From contig CM052818.1 in NCBI GenBank assembly GCA_028534125.1, positions 7,564,001 through 7,628,000 on the forward strand: DNA of 64,000 nucleotides, given 5' to 3'. The notes beneath the pieces are model-generated. The model was not told the origin of the DNA. It made no database searches and saw only the letters and a list, made by a program, of their open reading frames with translations. The number at the start of each line of letters is the position of its first letter. The first letter of the stretch is position 1. The stretch comes from Lama glama (lineage: Eukaryota). Shown here piece after piece: positions 12,620-25,100 of the stretch. Position numbers and translations under genes: made by a program.

Positions 12620-13805
12620 GATGGCTGTTTTAATGTTTAAAATATGCTTTTTAAATTTATCACAATTTACCTTCAAATAATAGTATAGCACTTCACATAC
12701 AATGTAAATTCTAACAATGTAATTCCATTTCCCCTTTCCATCCTTTGAACTGTTATTGTCAAGCATTTTACTTCTACATATGTTATAAGTGTTATTTATT
12801 TAATTTTTTAGTCAATTATCTTTTTTTTTTTTTTTTGCTTTAGTCAATTATCTTTTAAAAAAGTCTTTTATATCAACTCACATAGTTACCATTTCTGGCA
12901 CTTTTCATTCTTTAGCATAAATCCAAGTTTCCATGTGGTATTGGTTTTTTATGCCAAAGATACTGCTTTAACATTTCTTGTAGTGCAGTTCTGCTGGCAA
13001 CATTCTCTCAGCTTTTGTTTTCTTTAGCTTTCATTTTTGAAAGATATTTTCTCTAAATACAGGATTCTAAGTGCCCTTTCATTGTCTTCTGACTTGCATA
13101 GTTTCTAAAGAAGTTTACTGAATTTTTGCCTTTATATCTCTATATATAATCTACCTTTGTTCCACTGGCTGCTTTTAATCTTTTCTTCTCATCACTCGAT
13201 TTCAACAATTTAATGATGTCTTTTGCAGTGGTTTTGTGAGTGTGTGGGAATGTGTGTACTTATCCTGCTTAGGGCTCACTGAGCTGCTTGAGTCTCTGGG
13301 TTTAAAACTGTCATCAAATATGGAAGTATTTTCACCTGTATTACTTCAAATAATTTTTCTATCACCTCCTCACCCTTCTTTCATCTGGAACTCCAGTTAC
13401 ACATGTATTAGAATACTTGGTATTATCCCACAGATCACTCAGTCTCTCTGTTTGTTTTTTCTGTTTTGTTTTGTTTTTGTTTTTTGTTTTTCTTCTTTAT
13501 GTGCTTTATTTTGGCTAGATTCGACTGTTGTGTCTTCAAGTTTACTCATCTTTTCTTATGAGTGTCTAATCTGCTTCTGAGTGTCAACCCCATGTAGTGA
13601 AATTTTTATTTCAGAAGTTGCAATTTTCATCTCTAGAAATTCTATTTTTTATACATTTAATTTCTCTCTTTCAGCATATAGAACATTTATAATAATTGTT
13701 TAAATATTTCAAATGCTAATTTTACCATCTGTGTCATTTCTGGCTTTGTTTATTGACTGACTTTTTTCCTGCTTATAGATGACATTTTCCTACTTTGTAT
13801 GTCCC
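12620..13805 (-). mobile_element. Old L1M fragment (antisense)
   Basis: ctttaacatttcttgtagtgcag, tttttgaaagatattttc, tttcatctctagaaattctattt motifs. Confidence 0.7.
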
Positions 13806-13809
13806 AGTT

Positions 13810-15390
13810 CTCTTGCTAGTTCCCAGACATCCTCATGATTTTCCCACCTACTCTTTAAGTGCAGGTGTTCCCCAGGGTACTATTATTGACTCCTCCTTTT
13901 CTGCTGTGCATACACTCCCTGGCTGATCTCATCCACTCTCATAATTTCAATTACTATCTATGTGATGGTATATTCCAATTGTATCTTCTGACTAAAGTCG
14001 TATATATGACTGCCCACTCCACTTCTCCACCTAGATCCAGAGCTATCTCAAACTCAGCATATCCAAAGTGAACTCATCAAATTCCCCCTCAAAAGCTGCT
14101 CAATGTCCTGTATTCCCTAATTCGGTGAATGGCAACACTAGCTCATAATCATACAAGCCAAACATCTATGACTTATCATCCTTCTCCTTCCTTGCAGTAG
14201 ATACTGTGGTACCCCCCTTAGCCTCCTTTCTTGTTTTTCTGGGTAGTCACCTCAATTTACATTGGGATATCCAACCTTCTCTTCATAGCTTTGGATCTAG
14301 GTGCAGGGCATATGTCTTTATCCTAAGATAACTAGCTTCATGCCATCCCCTGGCCACCATGATTCAGTTCTTGAGGCTTCTAGGAAAGGAGTTTTCTCTC
14401 CTTATTGAAAGGTTGACTCCCTCTTCTCTTTTTGGGCCTGGATGGTGAAACTTACAGCCACAAGAATTGTTGGCAACAATAAAGCCAGTGCTAAGGAAGG
14501 AAAAACAATGAAACAAGAAAGAAATGTGTCCTTAATGACATCACTGAGCTGTTGAATCATTCAGCCCAATAGCCTGTCTTTTCACTGGACTTTCTATCTA
14601 GACAGGTCAATATTGGTTTATTGGTTAAGCCAGTTAGAGTTGGGTTTTTTGCTGCTTGCAACCCAAAGCATCATAATTGATAACCTTCTTTCACCCTTCA
14701 CCCTCAAACACAGGTAAATTACTCTCTAGGTTCTATTAATTCTATTCCTTAAATGTGTCTGATTTCTCTCAGTTCTGTCTCTTGCCACTGCCAGTGCCAG
14801 TTCAGGCTCTCATCTTTTTTTAAATGAAATGCATTTCTAAAGCGCATATCTTATCAAAATTTCATCTGCTTCCAATTGTGGCATGGTTTTCCATTGCTTC
14901 TAAAAGAGTCTGCATCCCTTAGCAATTGTACAAGAGCCTTCATGATCTGTCTTCTTTATCTTTTCGTGCCTCTTATTGCCACTCCCTTCAACCTCATCCT
15001 GCCACAAGCAATGCTGAACTCTTTGGTCTTATACCTCTTTGCTCTTGCTGCCCTCCACTCCTGCCCCCAGTGCTCTCACTAACTTCCCTCTTGTCCTTCC
15101 ACCACCAAAGCACACAGACACACTAACTCCTAGTCATCATCAAGTTTAAATATTCTTCGAAGCATTTCCTGACCTCGCCTGAGTCTGGAGGAGCTGTGTG
15201 TCAAAGCACCTGGTTTACATTCCTATTAAGGTATTTATCACACCGAGTCTGTTTATTTACCTGTCTCCACCTCTGCACAGTAAACACTTTGAAACAATAA
15301 ATTTCTTTTACATTCTTGTATCTCTATTTCTGAGAACTAATAAAAGTGCCTGAGACATCTTATACTCAATAAATGATTTTTGAATGAATA
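13810..15390 (+). mobile_element. L2 LINE with an internal MLT1-like LTR (~14200-14680)
   Basis: ctccctggctgatctcatccactctcataatttcaattact, tctcaaactcagcatatccaaagtgaactc; ends ctcaataaatgatttttgaatgaat. Confidence 0.7.
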
Positions 15391-16336
15391 ATTATGTGGT
15401 CTGCAAACATAAGGCTTGTTGATCTTGAAACTCTGTGTCTGAAACCTCAACTTTTCCTGTGTTTCTGATTTCTCAACATTAATCTTTTTCTTCCTGAGTA
15501 TGGGGTTCTAGATAGGCTGAGAAGGAAAACAAAAGAGGTTGGGACAGGCTGCCTTTAGTCCTCTGAGGATCCAGTAACATGTCCTGCCTTTCACCACCCT
15601 TCTGCACCACCTGTTCACACCTGGGTGCTCTGTATGGGTGTAGACTTAGCTGACCAGCCCAACAGCATACTCAGACCTTGGTTCAGACTTCTCTCATTGC
15701 CAAATGAACATTTGCCAGTGTGTATACAGTAAACAGTTCTCAACTTTCCATTTATCTTTTGGACTTATACTTTTAAGAAATTTGTATTTCTTAAACATTG
15801 TAGGCCTTAAAATTTAAAAATCTGGATTATTTTGCACCGATCAAGTAAGATAAGTAATCTTAATCCCGAACTTTACCTTTGCTGGCCTTAAAGTTAGACG
15901 TGACTAATTGAATGAAGAAATTAACTAGGGGAATCTGATAGTGGTGATATTCCTAACAGTTTTACAACCTATGTTAACTTATTGAAAGCAACTATATTTT
16001 TACAAGTTTTAGGTTAAAAAACAAAAACGAATACAAAAAAAAACCCTTGAATTTAAGGCATAAAGGAAGGGAGGGATGTGGGTATTTGTGATTTGAAATT
16101 TATGGGATAAAATTAAGCAACAGGGAAGACCGAGATATGGTGAAGAAGTCAGATTTCACTGGGCACTTGTGAGTGGTAAGGCTAGAAGTTGGGGGTGGAG
16201 CGAAGGAAGAAGGACTAGCTAAGAGCAGGATCCATAATACAAGGAGGGCCTTGTTCAGTCACCAGCAGCACTGAACACGTTCCCTTCCTCGGTGTGTCGG
16301 TGACCATAGTAACAGTGGGGACGAACCTCTCCCCCC

Positions 16337-16348
16337 GAGCATGCGCAG
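16337..16348. promoter_or_regulatory. NRF1-like motif GAGCATGCGCAG
   Basis: Near match to the GCGCATGCGC consensus, ~150 bp upstream of exon 1. Confidence 0.55.
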
Positions 16349-16404
16349 TGCAGAGCGAGCGGGACGCGGCCTCAACAATGCATCCCTTCTTTTCTATGGT
16401 GGAA

Positions 16405-16426
16405 GAACTACAACTCCCAAGAGACC
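16405..16426 (+). promoter_or_regulatory. ZNF143/THAP11 (SBS, ACTACAnnTCCC) motif
   Basis: GAACTACAACTCCCAAGAGACC matches RRACTACAnnTCCCA, ~90 bp upstream of the inferred TSS. Confidence 0.75.
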
Positions 16427-16480
16427 ACTCGGCGCCGCGACGCCGCCTCCCGCTGTGGCCCTGCCCCGTCCCCTCCCTCC

Positions 16481-16490
16481 GGCCCCGCCC
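16481..16490 (-). promoter_or_regulatory. Sp/KLF GC box
   Basis: GGCCCCGCCC (GGGCGGGGCC on the - strand) immediately upstream of exon 1. Confidence 0.7.
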
Positions 16491-16497
16491 TCCAGCT

Positions 16498-16864
16498 AGT
16501 CTCCTCCCCTCCCTCGGAGTGTGTGTCAGTGACCCAGAGGCGGTGTGAGGCGGAGGGACCGTCGGGGGGCGCCGCCGCCGCCGCCGCCTCCAGCAGCAGC
16601 ACCAGCCGCGCGGCGCGTTCGGATTTGCCTCGAGTCCTCCGGGAGCGCATCACAAAGCGGGCCCCGCGGCTCTCCCGCAGCCCGCGGCGGTTCCTCAGTG
16701 CCCGGCTCCGTGGCCAACTTCCCCTCACCGGGCTCTGCCTGCTGGTGAGGAAGGCGGCGGTGGAACGCCGGGCTGTCTGCTCGCGCTCCCCGCGCACGCA
16801 CACTTCACCCCCTCGCTCCACGCCTCGGGGCCGTGCTGGGATTCCGGCCACCAGCAATTGTCCG
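16498..16864 (+). other. PELI1: PELI1 exon 1 (non-coding 5'UTR; start approximate)
   Basis: Ends at a consensus donor CCG|GTGAGT (16864/16865). No ATG in the exon. Lies in the CpG island upstream of the ATG exon. Confidence 0.8.
16571..16600 (+). repeat. (GCC)6-TCC-(AGC)3 trinucleotide tract in the 5'UTR
   Basis: Read directly from the sequence. Confidence 0.9.
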
Positions 16865-19800
16865 GTGAGTGTGGCCGCAGCGCGCCACGGGAGGGGTCGC
16901 GGCGGGGCCACCGAGGGTCACGGGCCAGGCGGGCGCGCAACTTCCTCGGAGGCTTCCCGGGCGGCCGGCCGCCTCTCCCCGCCAGCCTGCGCGCCCCCGC
17001 GCCGGAGGCAGCCGGGAGCTGAGTTTGCGGCGCCTGCATCCCGCGCCCTCTCAGGAGGAAGCGCCTTTGTCAGGAGCCGGCCCGGCGCGCCCTCCCCCTC
17101 CGCCTGAGAGCGGGCGCGCGGCAGCCAAGTCCGAGCCCCGAGCCCCGAGCCCCGTGCCCCTCGCCCGGCGTCCGGCCGCCAGCTGCCGGAGAGGAGATCC
17201 GCGGGGGCGGGGAGCAAGACAGAAATGAAAGAGAAACAAAGGGGGCGGTGGGCTTTTCTTTTGTTTGTGCGAATCTGATAACTTCTTTTTCCTTCCTTAC
17301 GTAACACAGACTTCCAACTTAGTCATTCTTTTTATTGTTGTGATTATTGTCATCATCTCTGCGTGTCCCTCGCGTTTCCTTTCATCTCTGAATCTCACAG
17401 CACTTAAAAACATTAATTAATTACACCTCCGGGGCCCCTACGAAACAAGTTAATACACCAGCTTCCGTAAGTGGGTAAACTGAGGTCCAGAGGAGCTCTC
17501 TAATTGATGGATATGCATGATCTACCACCGCGCCTGGTGTCTGAGGATCTGAAAGCATTTATGAGTAAGAACTTGTTCTACAGTGCCCCGTGGAAAAGTT
17601 AAAGATGCTCATTTTACTTACAGGTTAACTGAAGTCTAAAAGAAGTCTGGGTAATTGTTAGGTAGTTCAAATAATAACTCTTATTACATAGTGTTTGAAT
17701 CTTAAAACCTCAAAGGACTCTTGAAAAATGTTCCGAGTGGGGAAAATACTGTACATCATAAACTCACCTCACTCATCTACTTTTATTTTTGTACCTGCAG
17801 GTCTCGTAGGAGGCAAGAAAGCCATGATGGGGGTGGGGGAGATAGAGATTTTTTAATGTAGGTTTAACAGATTTTAAACTCAACACACAAAGAAATGTGT
17901 CTTGGTTTTAATAGCACCAACAGTCCTCCTATCGTTTAGTCATCAAATAATTGAGTGAACACTATCCATAAGGCGCTGGTTGTGCTAAGAACTGAAGCAT
18001 TAAACAAAAAGGTCATCTGTTTGTTTTGGTTCAAAGGCTTGTGTACTTCTCTTGCTCTGTAAAATGTTGTTTTGTTCTCATAGCAGCTGATCTTTTGTTT
18101 CAGAACTGGCTTTGTCCTTTTCTACATTGAATATGTATTCTATAACTGAGGAGAAACGTTAAGAGTTTTTTGTTGGTTTTTTTTCTTTCTCTTTTTTTTT
18201 AGTTTGCATAGTAGTGTAAATTTAAAGTTTTGAGTTGTGGAGGAGGTTCAGTTTCTTCAGTTTTTCTGTTTCAGTTTATGACGTTTTCTTTGTAACTAAC
18301 ACAGAAAATGTTTTCTCAGAGTGATCAGATTTACATCTCTCAAAACATTGCCCTTGTGCAAATACAGCATATGAATTCCTTTTTTAAAAAAATTCACACC
18401 AACAACTTCTTCTGGAGTAAAATACTTAATTCTGAGGACAAGTTTGTTTATTCTGGTAGTTGAACCAAACTAGAAGGTACTAAAAATTTAAATCAAGCAT
18501 CATTTCTACTAGCTGTTTCCTGAGGTGAATAATGGTCAAAACTGCAGTAACAGTACTTTCAATTATCTTAAATTCTCTTGAATTTAATTTTGTATTTTAG
18601 AGCCACCCCCAGATTTTAGATTCTGGTGATTATATCAAAAAGAAAAAGATATTTGTTATTTTGATTTTTCTCCCTCAACCCTCTAACCTATCCCCTTTCT
18701 ATAGTATGTTAAAAGAAATCTTGAGTTTAAAGCGAACAGTTGAAAAATAGAACAGTTAAGTGTATGGAAAGTTGTACCTAATAAAGTGGTTATAATGCTT
18801 CATCTAATAAATATAAGGATTTTTAAAGAGAAAACTCACCTAGGTTTTTAGTAGTGTTACAGAAATGCTGTAATGTAATAATAGTAGTGTTTATTGACTT
18901 GGGAAAAAAAGAAGTGAGCTGGGAATTATGCCTCAGTGGCAGATTTGTGGGGGAGAGGGGAGAAATCTGTGCTCTCCTTAAAATTGCATTTAAGTGACCT
19001 TACAGTTGGTTATATTGAACTTTTTCTGTAGCGTTTACAAACCAGATTTACCAGAGGCATTTGTACTTTAAGGAATCTACTAACGCACTGTCTGCTCAGT
19101 CACTGGAGTCCAAAGGCAGAAATTAGTGTTGACTGTCAAAAACTGGCATTGCAGATTTCCTAGTTTCTTTGGGATCCCTTAAAGGAAATAACTGAAAAAG
19201 GCAGAAAGGACAGGGCAGGTACTGCTGAATGCTGCTGAACCAAGTTTCAAGGGGAGGCTTAAATATGTTTCCATCCGACTTTGTTTCAGCGTCCTTTGAG
19301 GTTGTCAAAGTGTCACCAGTATGTTGAGGTCTGTCAATTCAGAATATACCTTATGGTGATTGTCCACTAGGTCAGATGTTAAGGACTATAGTAATACTGC
19401 TTTGTGAGCAACTGTTTTCAGACAGAAACTTCTGTACCTGATAGAGATTTTCAGCTGGAGGATTTGGAATTGAAAACTACCTTTCTAACAGTCTCACATA
19501 CATACATTTACTGTGGGACATCTATATAGACCTCTTCTCATATTTATTAAATCACACAGGCTTATATGGATTATTTTATTACGTCTATTTTAACTGCATA
19601 TCTGAAAACATAATGACACATACACAATGGCACTGAGAGATGATTCTAAGCATTTCTTTGGAAAAGTTATTCTGTAAAGTTACATTTATGTTTTTTAACT
19701 GAGGAGAGTAAGACAAATTTAAAAGCCAATAGAAAGAAGGAAGAAAATTGATAGAATGAACGAAACGTACTGAAGACGTTTTTAAAGAGTACAGTATTAC

Positions 19801-21369
19801 AGATTCCTGGCAACATTACACAGGGGACAAAATTCTAGCTAAACTCTATAAACAGTGAATTCCACTTAGCACTTTCTGTTTATAGATCTCTAGCCATCTT
19901 TCCCAGATTCCCTCTAAATACATCACGCAGAAAAAGTAAATAGAAATCATTCTTTCAAGGGATTTTGGTTGTTGGAGATTTGCTTTACACATGTGGTATT
20001 GGGGAGGTTATTGTTTTTTCTTTTAAGTTTGACCTCTGCCAGAGAACAATTTCCCCCAGACTAATGTGTGGGAACCTCAGAACAAGAAGTAATGGACACA
20101 GAGTTAGATATAATTTCAAGTTATACCACTAGCTATTTTTACGTTCTCTTGAAAGACCACTTCTAATAATTGTTCTTTCCAAAAGTTGAAAATAGTTGGC
20201 ACTTAGTAGGTCCTACTATTTTTGTTGTTTTTTTGTTGTTGTTGAATGAATTTGAAAGTAAGAAAGAGAAAGCACAAGATTTCTTGAGTGAATGTCAGGA
20301 GATTTCTGATTTTTAAATAGAAGTAAATGAAACATATGAACATCTAGTTGGAGCCTTTCAATTAGCATAGCTTCCTTTAGAAGTAAACTTAAGAGGAAAA
20401 GAGCTTCATCAGGTAATTTAAGAGAAGTGAATTGTAAACAAGTCTGAGAAGACCTGATTATTTTTTCAGAATGTTGTACATGATGTCTTAGATATTTTTT
20501 GCCACAATGAACTCCACTTGAGAGAAATAGTTTTAGATAGTACTCCTTTTATCACCCCTAAAATACTTTTTTGCACCTCAAAATACCATTTACAGAAAAA
20601 TAGAATATGTTGCTGCTGCCTATAAATGAGAAAATCCTGACATTTGTCATTCCCGTTAATCTTGACCATTCATGTAGTTTAAAAAAATAGTTTTTAATGG
20701 AATACACATGTAATTTACTTCCTTTTCAAAGAATTTATCGCTGATTTTTATTTTATAATGAACCTCTTGGGATGTTGCTAGTTCTGAAAATATGTAGTGC
20801 CCCCAGTTTCCCACCATGTTCCACAGTTTCTTTTTCTGTTAATTTTTTGGCTACAATTTGCTTTTTCCCCTAAATTGTCTAAAATAAGGTAAGAAATGTT
20901 ATACATACTTGACAAGAAATATAGTCAATCAAATAGTCAGACTTATTATGCTAAACTTTAGCTAAATTTCAACATACAAGGTATGTTGAATCTATTTTAG
21001 AGATAGATGTGTACTTACTTCTTACTTTGAAGGGGGCTAGAGCAAGGATGTATAGCCAATAGATTTCACCTTGGGTATCAAATCTGATTGCCTGAAAGTG
21101 ACTACTTGGAGTGTTACGTTTGGAAAACTGGGAGCCCTGGTTCAGACTCAGCAGGAAAGAGTGCTGTGATTAGCAATTTCTGTTGTTGGTTGGGGAGTGG
21201 GCTTTTGGCATGAGTACCAAATACTCATTTAGTATTAATGCCTTTTATGTTTCAGGCTCTGGTTTAGATGCTAATATCACCCAGACTAAACTCTCTCCTT
21301 TATGTTATTTACATTCTAATAACAAGACACAGGCAATAAAACAAGTAAAATATTTTGTGTTTTAATGAC

Positions 21370-21810
21370 AGATGACCTATTTTTTGCAAGAAATAAGAGA
21401 GGGAGGGGGAATATAAGATTAAAAGCAACTAAAGGGGCATATCCACCACCAGATGCATTGTATGGACCTTATCCTGCTTTGAGCAAATTAACTATGAAAA
21501 GACATTGATGAAAAATTGGGGAGATTTGGACATTGATGGAATATTTGATAAAAAGGAATTGTTGATTTTGGAGGGTGTGATCATGTATTATGTTTTTTAA
21601 ACAAGAGTCCTTACCTTTTGGAGATATAATGTATTTATGGAGTAAAATATGATACCTGGGTTATGTGAAATACTTTGAAGAGGAGAGGAGCAAAGATGAA
21701 ACAATATTGGCCACATACTGAAAATCGTTGAAAGTAGGTAATGGATCCATGAGATTTCTTACAGTCTCTCTACTTTTTTATATGTTTGCAAATTTCTATA
21801 ATTAACAGTT
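21370..21810 (+). mobile_element. L1MC/ME 3'-end fragment
   Basis: gagtccttaccttttggagatata, gatgaaacaatattggcca, ttttttatatgtttgcaaatttctataat; resembles 6030-6410. Confidence 0.6.
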
Positions 21811-21819
21811 TTACACACA

Positions 21820-22145
21820 TACAGAGATAAAGCAGAGAAGGGGAAGAAGGAATCTGTGGGGTGTCAGTAATGGGATAGGAAGAGGATGCAGAAAAGACTG
21901 ACTGAGAAGGTGATAGATACTTGAGTAAAGACCTGAAGGAGGTGAGGGAGTAAGCCTTGCGGGTAATCTTGAGGCAGGACATTCCAGGCAGAGGGAATAG
22001 CAAGTACAGTGGCCCTGAGATCAGAGCTTGATTGAAATGCAAGGAACTGCAAGAAGCCAGTGTGTCTGGGTGAGAGAGACTAGCAGGAGGTAGTCAGAAA
22101 GATAAAGGGAAGGTAGAGGAGACCAGATTGTATAGAACCTGGTTG
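21820..22145 (-). mobile_element. L2 fragment
   Basis: cattccaggcagagggaatagcaagtacagtggccctgag. Confidence 0.7.
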
Positions 22146-25100
22146 CCTGTCTTTTAAAGTAAGAATATTTATTTTATACATTTATCTAAAATAAGTCTTC
22201 TACTTTAGTCACCCTGGAAACTACACTTATTTCAGCAATTAACTTAATTTGGAATTTTTTTTAATTGCCTTCTAAGCCAGTTTTAGAGCCACACATGAAA
22301 ATAGCTCATTATTTTCTATTTGCTCCTTGCTTTTAAGGAAAAAGAGGGTATTAGCCACGTGATATCTCATTTTATTTATCAGATATGACTAAGAATTTTG
22401 ACAGAAAGAAAATAGTAAATAACTTCAGGCTATTTCTAAAAGTCAGATCCACTCTGAGAAGGCAATTACTGTTTTTAAAAATCAGATCCACCTGTAGACT
22501 AAAAAGGAGTTTTAATAATGTTCTGGACAACTGTTGCACCATTTAGAATAAGGATATAATTTATGAGAGTGACTTAATATGGAAGAGACCATACTTATTT
22601 GGATATTTAAGTTCTGTCTTATACATTAAAACACATACACATGGACATAGAAGACCATGTACATTTCCTAATACTTAAGTACTCAAAACAGTCATTGCAG
22701 ATAAGTTTCATTTGTGTCATGCATTCAAGACTGAAGAGATGGCATTTATAATATAATGAAATTGTATAACTTTCTTGTTGCTATGGCATACACTTGGGAA
22801 CTGAAAGACTAACACATTTAGTTGGAGAGGAGTCTGGCTTTCAAGTCGTCTTGTATTCATGCGTCAGTCCTCAGATTAGCAGTTGTTTCAAGAACATGCT
22901 GATTTCCCACAAAGAACTCTTTTAAAATCTTTATTAAAATTAAAGAAAAATGAAATCTCATCCTCCAAATGTTTGAAAGTCCCCCCAAAACCCCTCCATA
23001 AATATGGATTTTTTCAAAAAACCTTCTGCTTATAGGACAATATACATGTAGAGTTTACTAGTTTTGAATTTTATACTAGTTAATTTTTTATAGGAATAAG
23101 TTTTCCAACCTGAGAAACTAAACTTATTTCAATGATTTTTACTCTATTGATAAGATTGAATAAAGAAAACATTCTTTTTCTAGTTAATTATGCATAATGG
23201 AGGGCACAATATTTTCTTCAACCAATAATATGTAGAATTTAATGGGATTAAGTAGAATGTGTGAGATTTTATTATATAATAAATTGCAAAAAGTGACCAC
23301 TAAGCATATAATATAAAACTGTATAAGGAATACTTTAACAAAGCTTCTGTTTTAAGCATTTTTTCAGAAAATTGTTAGGAATGTAGTCTTCAATTCACTC
23401 AAAGTTTTTATCCTATAGGTGGATAGATAGATAGCCAGACCCTTTCTTCATATACTGCATATACTATCAGGATTAAGCCGATAGGCTGGAGTATTTAATG
23501 TGTTTTAAAAATTAATCCGTTAGCATGGAACACAGAGCCTAAGTTTAATTTCTGGGCTTTCTGTTACTTCTGAAAGTCTTTAACAAGCTATCTTTGATTC
23601 ATCTATAAAATATAATGGTGGTAGTTTTTCAGAAAGGACTTTGAAATTCTAAGATGGTGGTCATGCTGATGTGTGGCTCAATTTAGAAATAGCTTTCAGT
23701 CTTTCGATTTGTTGGTAGGATTATGAATCTGTTTTTCATTTCTATTTTTGTGGAATGAATAAATAACCTATGATGGAGGAGAAAGAGGGAGAAGAGAGGG
23801 AGCAAGAAAAGGAAAGAAAATAAAAACTGGCTCTCGCAAAATAGTAAACATGACCATGAGTAAATAATTCTTGTAACTTGGATCTACGTGTCTGTGACCT
23901 AATGAGCTAAGACACAAACTTACAAAGTGAAGGATAGTAATGATATTACAGCTTCCATTGCAAGGGGGGAAAAGGTTGCTTTGCATAAGGGACATTCATG
24001 TTGACTTAAACATTTTGACCATGATAAAACCTATATTTCATTTTGGAATTAATAATAATAATGATGATGATAATGATTAACAAGAGTTAAGAATTATTTG
24101 GAAATTCAGGTTATTACTTAGGCTCTGTAGATGTTTGCAGCATCAGATTCCTTTTACCTTGTGTGTTGCAGATAACTCATATTCCATGTCCCTGTCTCTC
24201 ACTTCATCTCTCTCTCACTTTCATCTCTCTATCACTCCACCACTAGCTCTGTTTATCTTCCTTTGCCAGCTTTGGTAGTGCCCATTGCTCTTCTACAATG
24301 TTTTTTACATTTGTCTGCCATTTTTTGTACAGATAAAGTGCTCCTGGAATGAATTAAGGGCCTAAAGTGACATGTAGATAGCAAGTATAATTTTCTATTT
24401 GTGTCTTACCTACTTAGCTTCTTTTTATTCTCTTTTCTTGCCCTCTTTTTTTTTTTTTTTTTTTTTTTTGGTGTGTGTTCTGGTGGAGAGATGTTATATT
24501 CCATCAGCTAGACACTAAGTGGTAACTAACCAACGGGATGCAATACTTTTTGAATTGAGTAATATAGGAAATAGTAATAAACTCATTGATTTGAAAGCCT
24601 CTTAAGTTAATCCTACATCCATCTAGAACTTACACCTAAACTAGTGTAGTGGAATTTTAAAAGCTATTTTCAGCTGTTTTCACTCTTGGTGTATGTTGTT
24701 GTCTTTTCTGAAAATGTCAAACAATCGGGGACTTCATCATCACTGTAATAGTAGTTAATCATAAATGGCCTTGGGTAAAAACTGTGTCTGGACTTTAGTT
24801 GAGCTACTTTTTGACAGTCAAGAGGAAAGGATAAAAAGTTCAGTAATGTGGTAGAGTCATTTATAACTTCTTCTTTCCATGGAGTGAATTAAGAGATGAC
24901 TGGCCCTGATTTTTTGCTAGCTGTAGTGTTCAACATGTCAATTGGCTTAATCTTCAAAAGGCACAGTTAAGCTTAATTTTATTTTTTCACAGTAAGTGAA
25001 AACAATTGGAGATGTATAGTTCTTCAAAACCTTAGTGTTATATTCCTGGTTCTTGGCAGATACTATCCACAGTACTTCATGTTCCTCTGGGTTTATGCCA

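Larger units (their letters stand above)
16290..17250. promoter_or_regulatory. PELI1: CpG island / PELI1 promoter
   Basis: The only strongly GC- and CpG-rich stretch in the window; contains GC boxes and a strong splice donor. Confidence 0.92.

Noticed and set aside
16294-17307. Many overlapping 60-194-aa ORFs on both strands
   Set aside because: Expected in a stop-poor CpG island; low-complexity Arg/Pro/Ala/Gly translations with no recognisable domain. Only the exon-1 frame is kept, as a finding.
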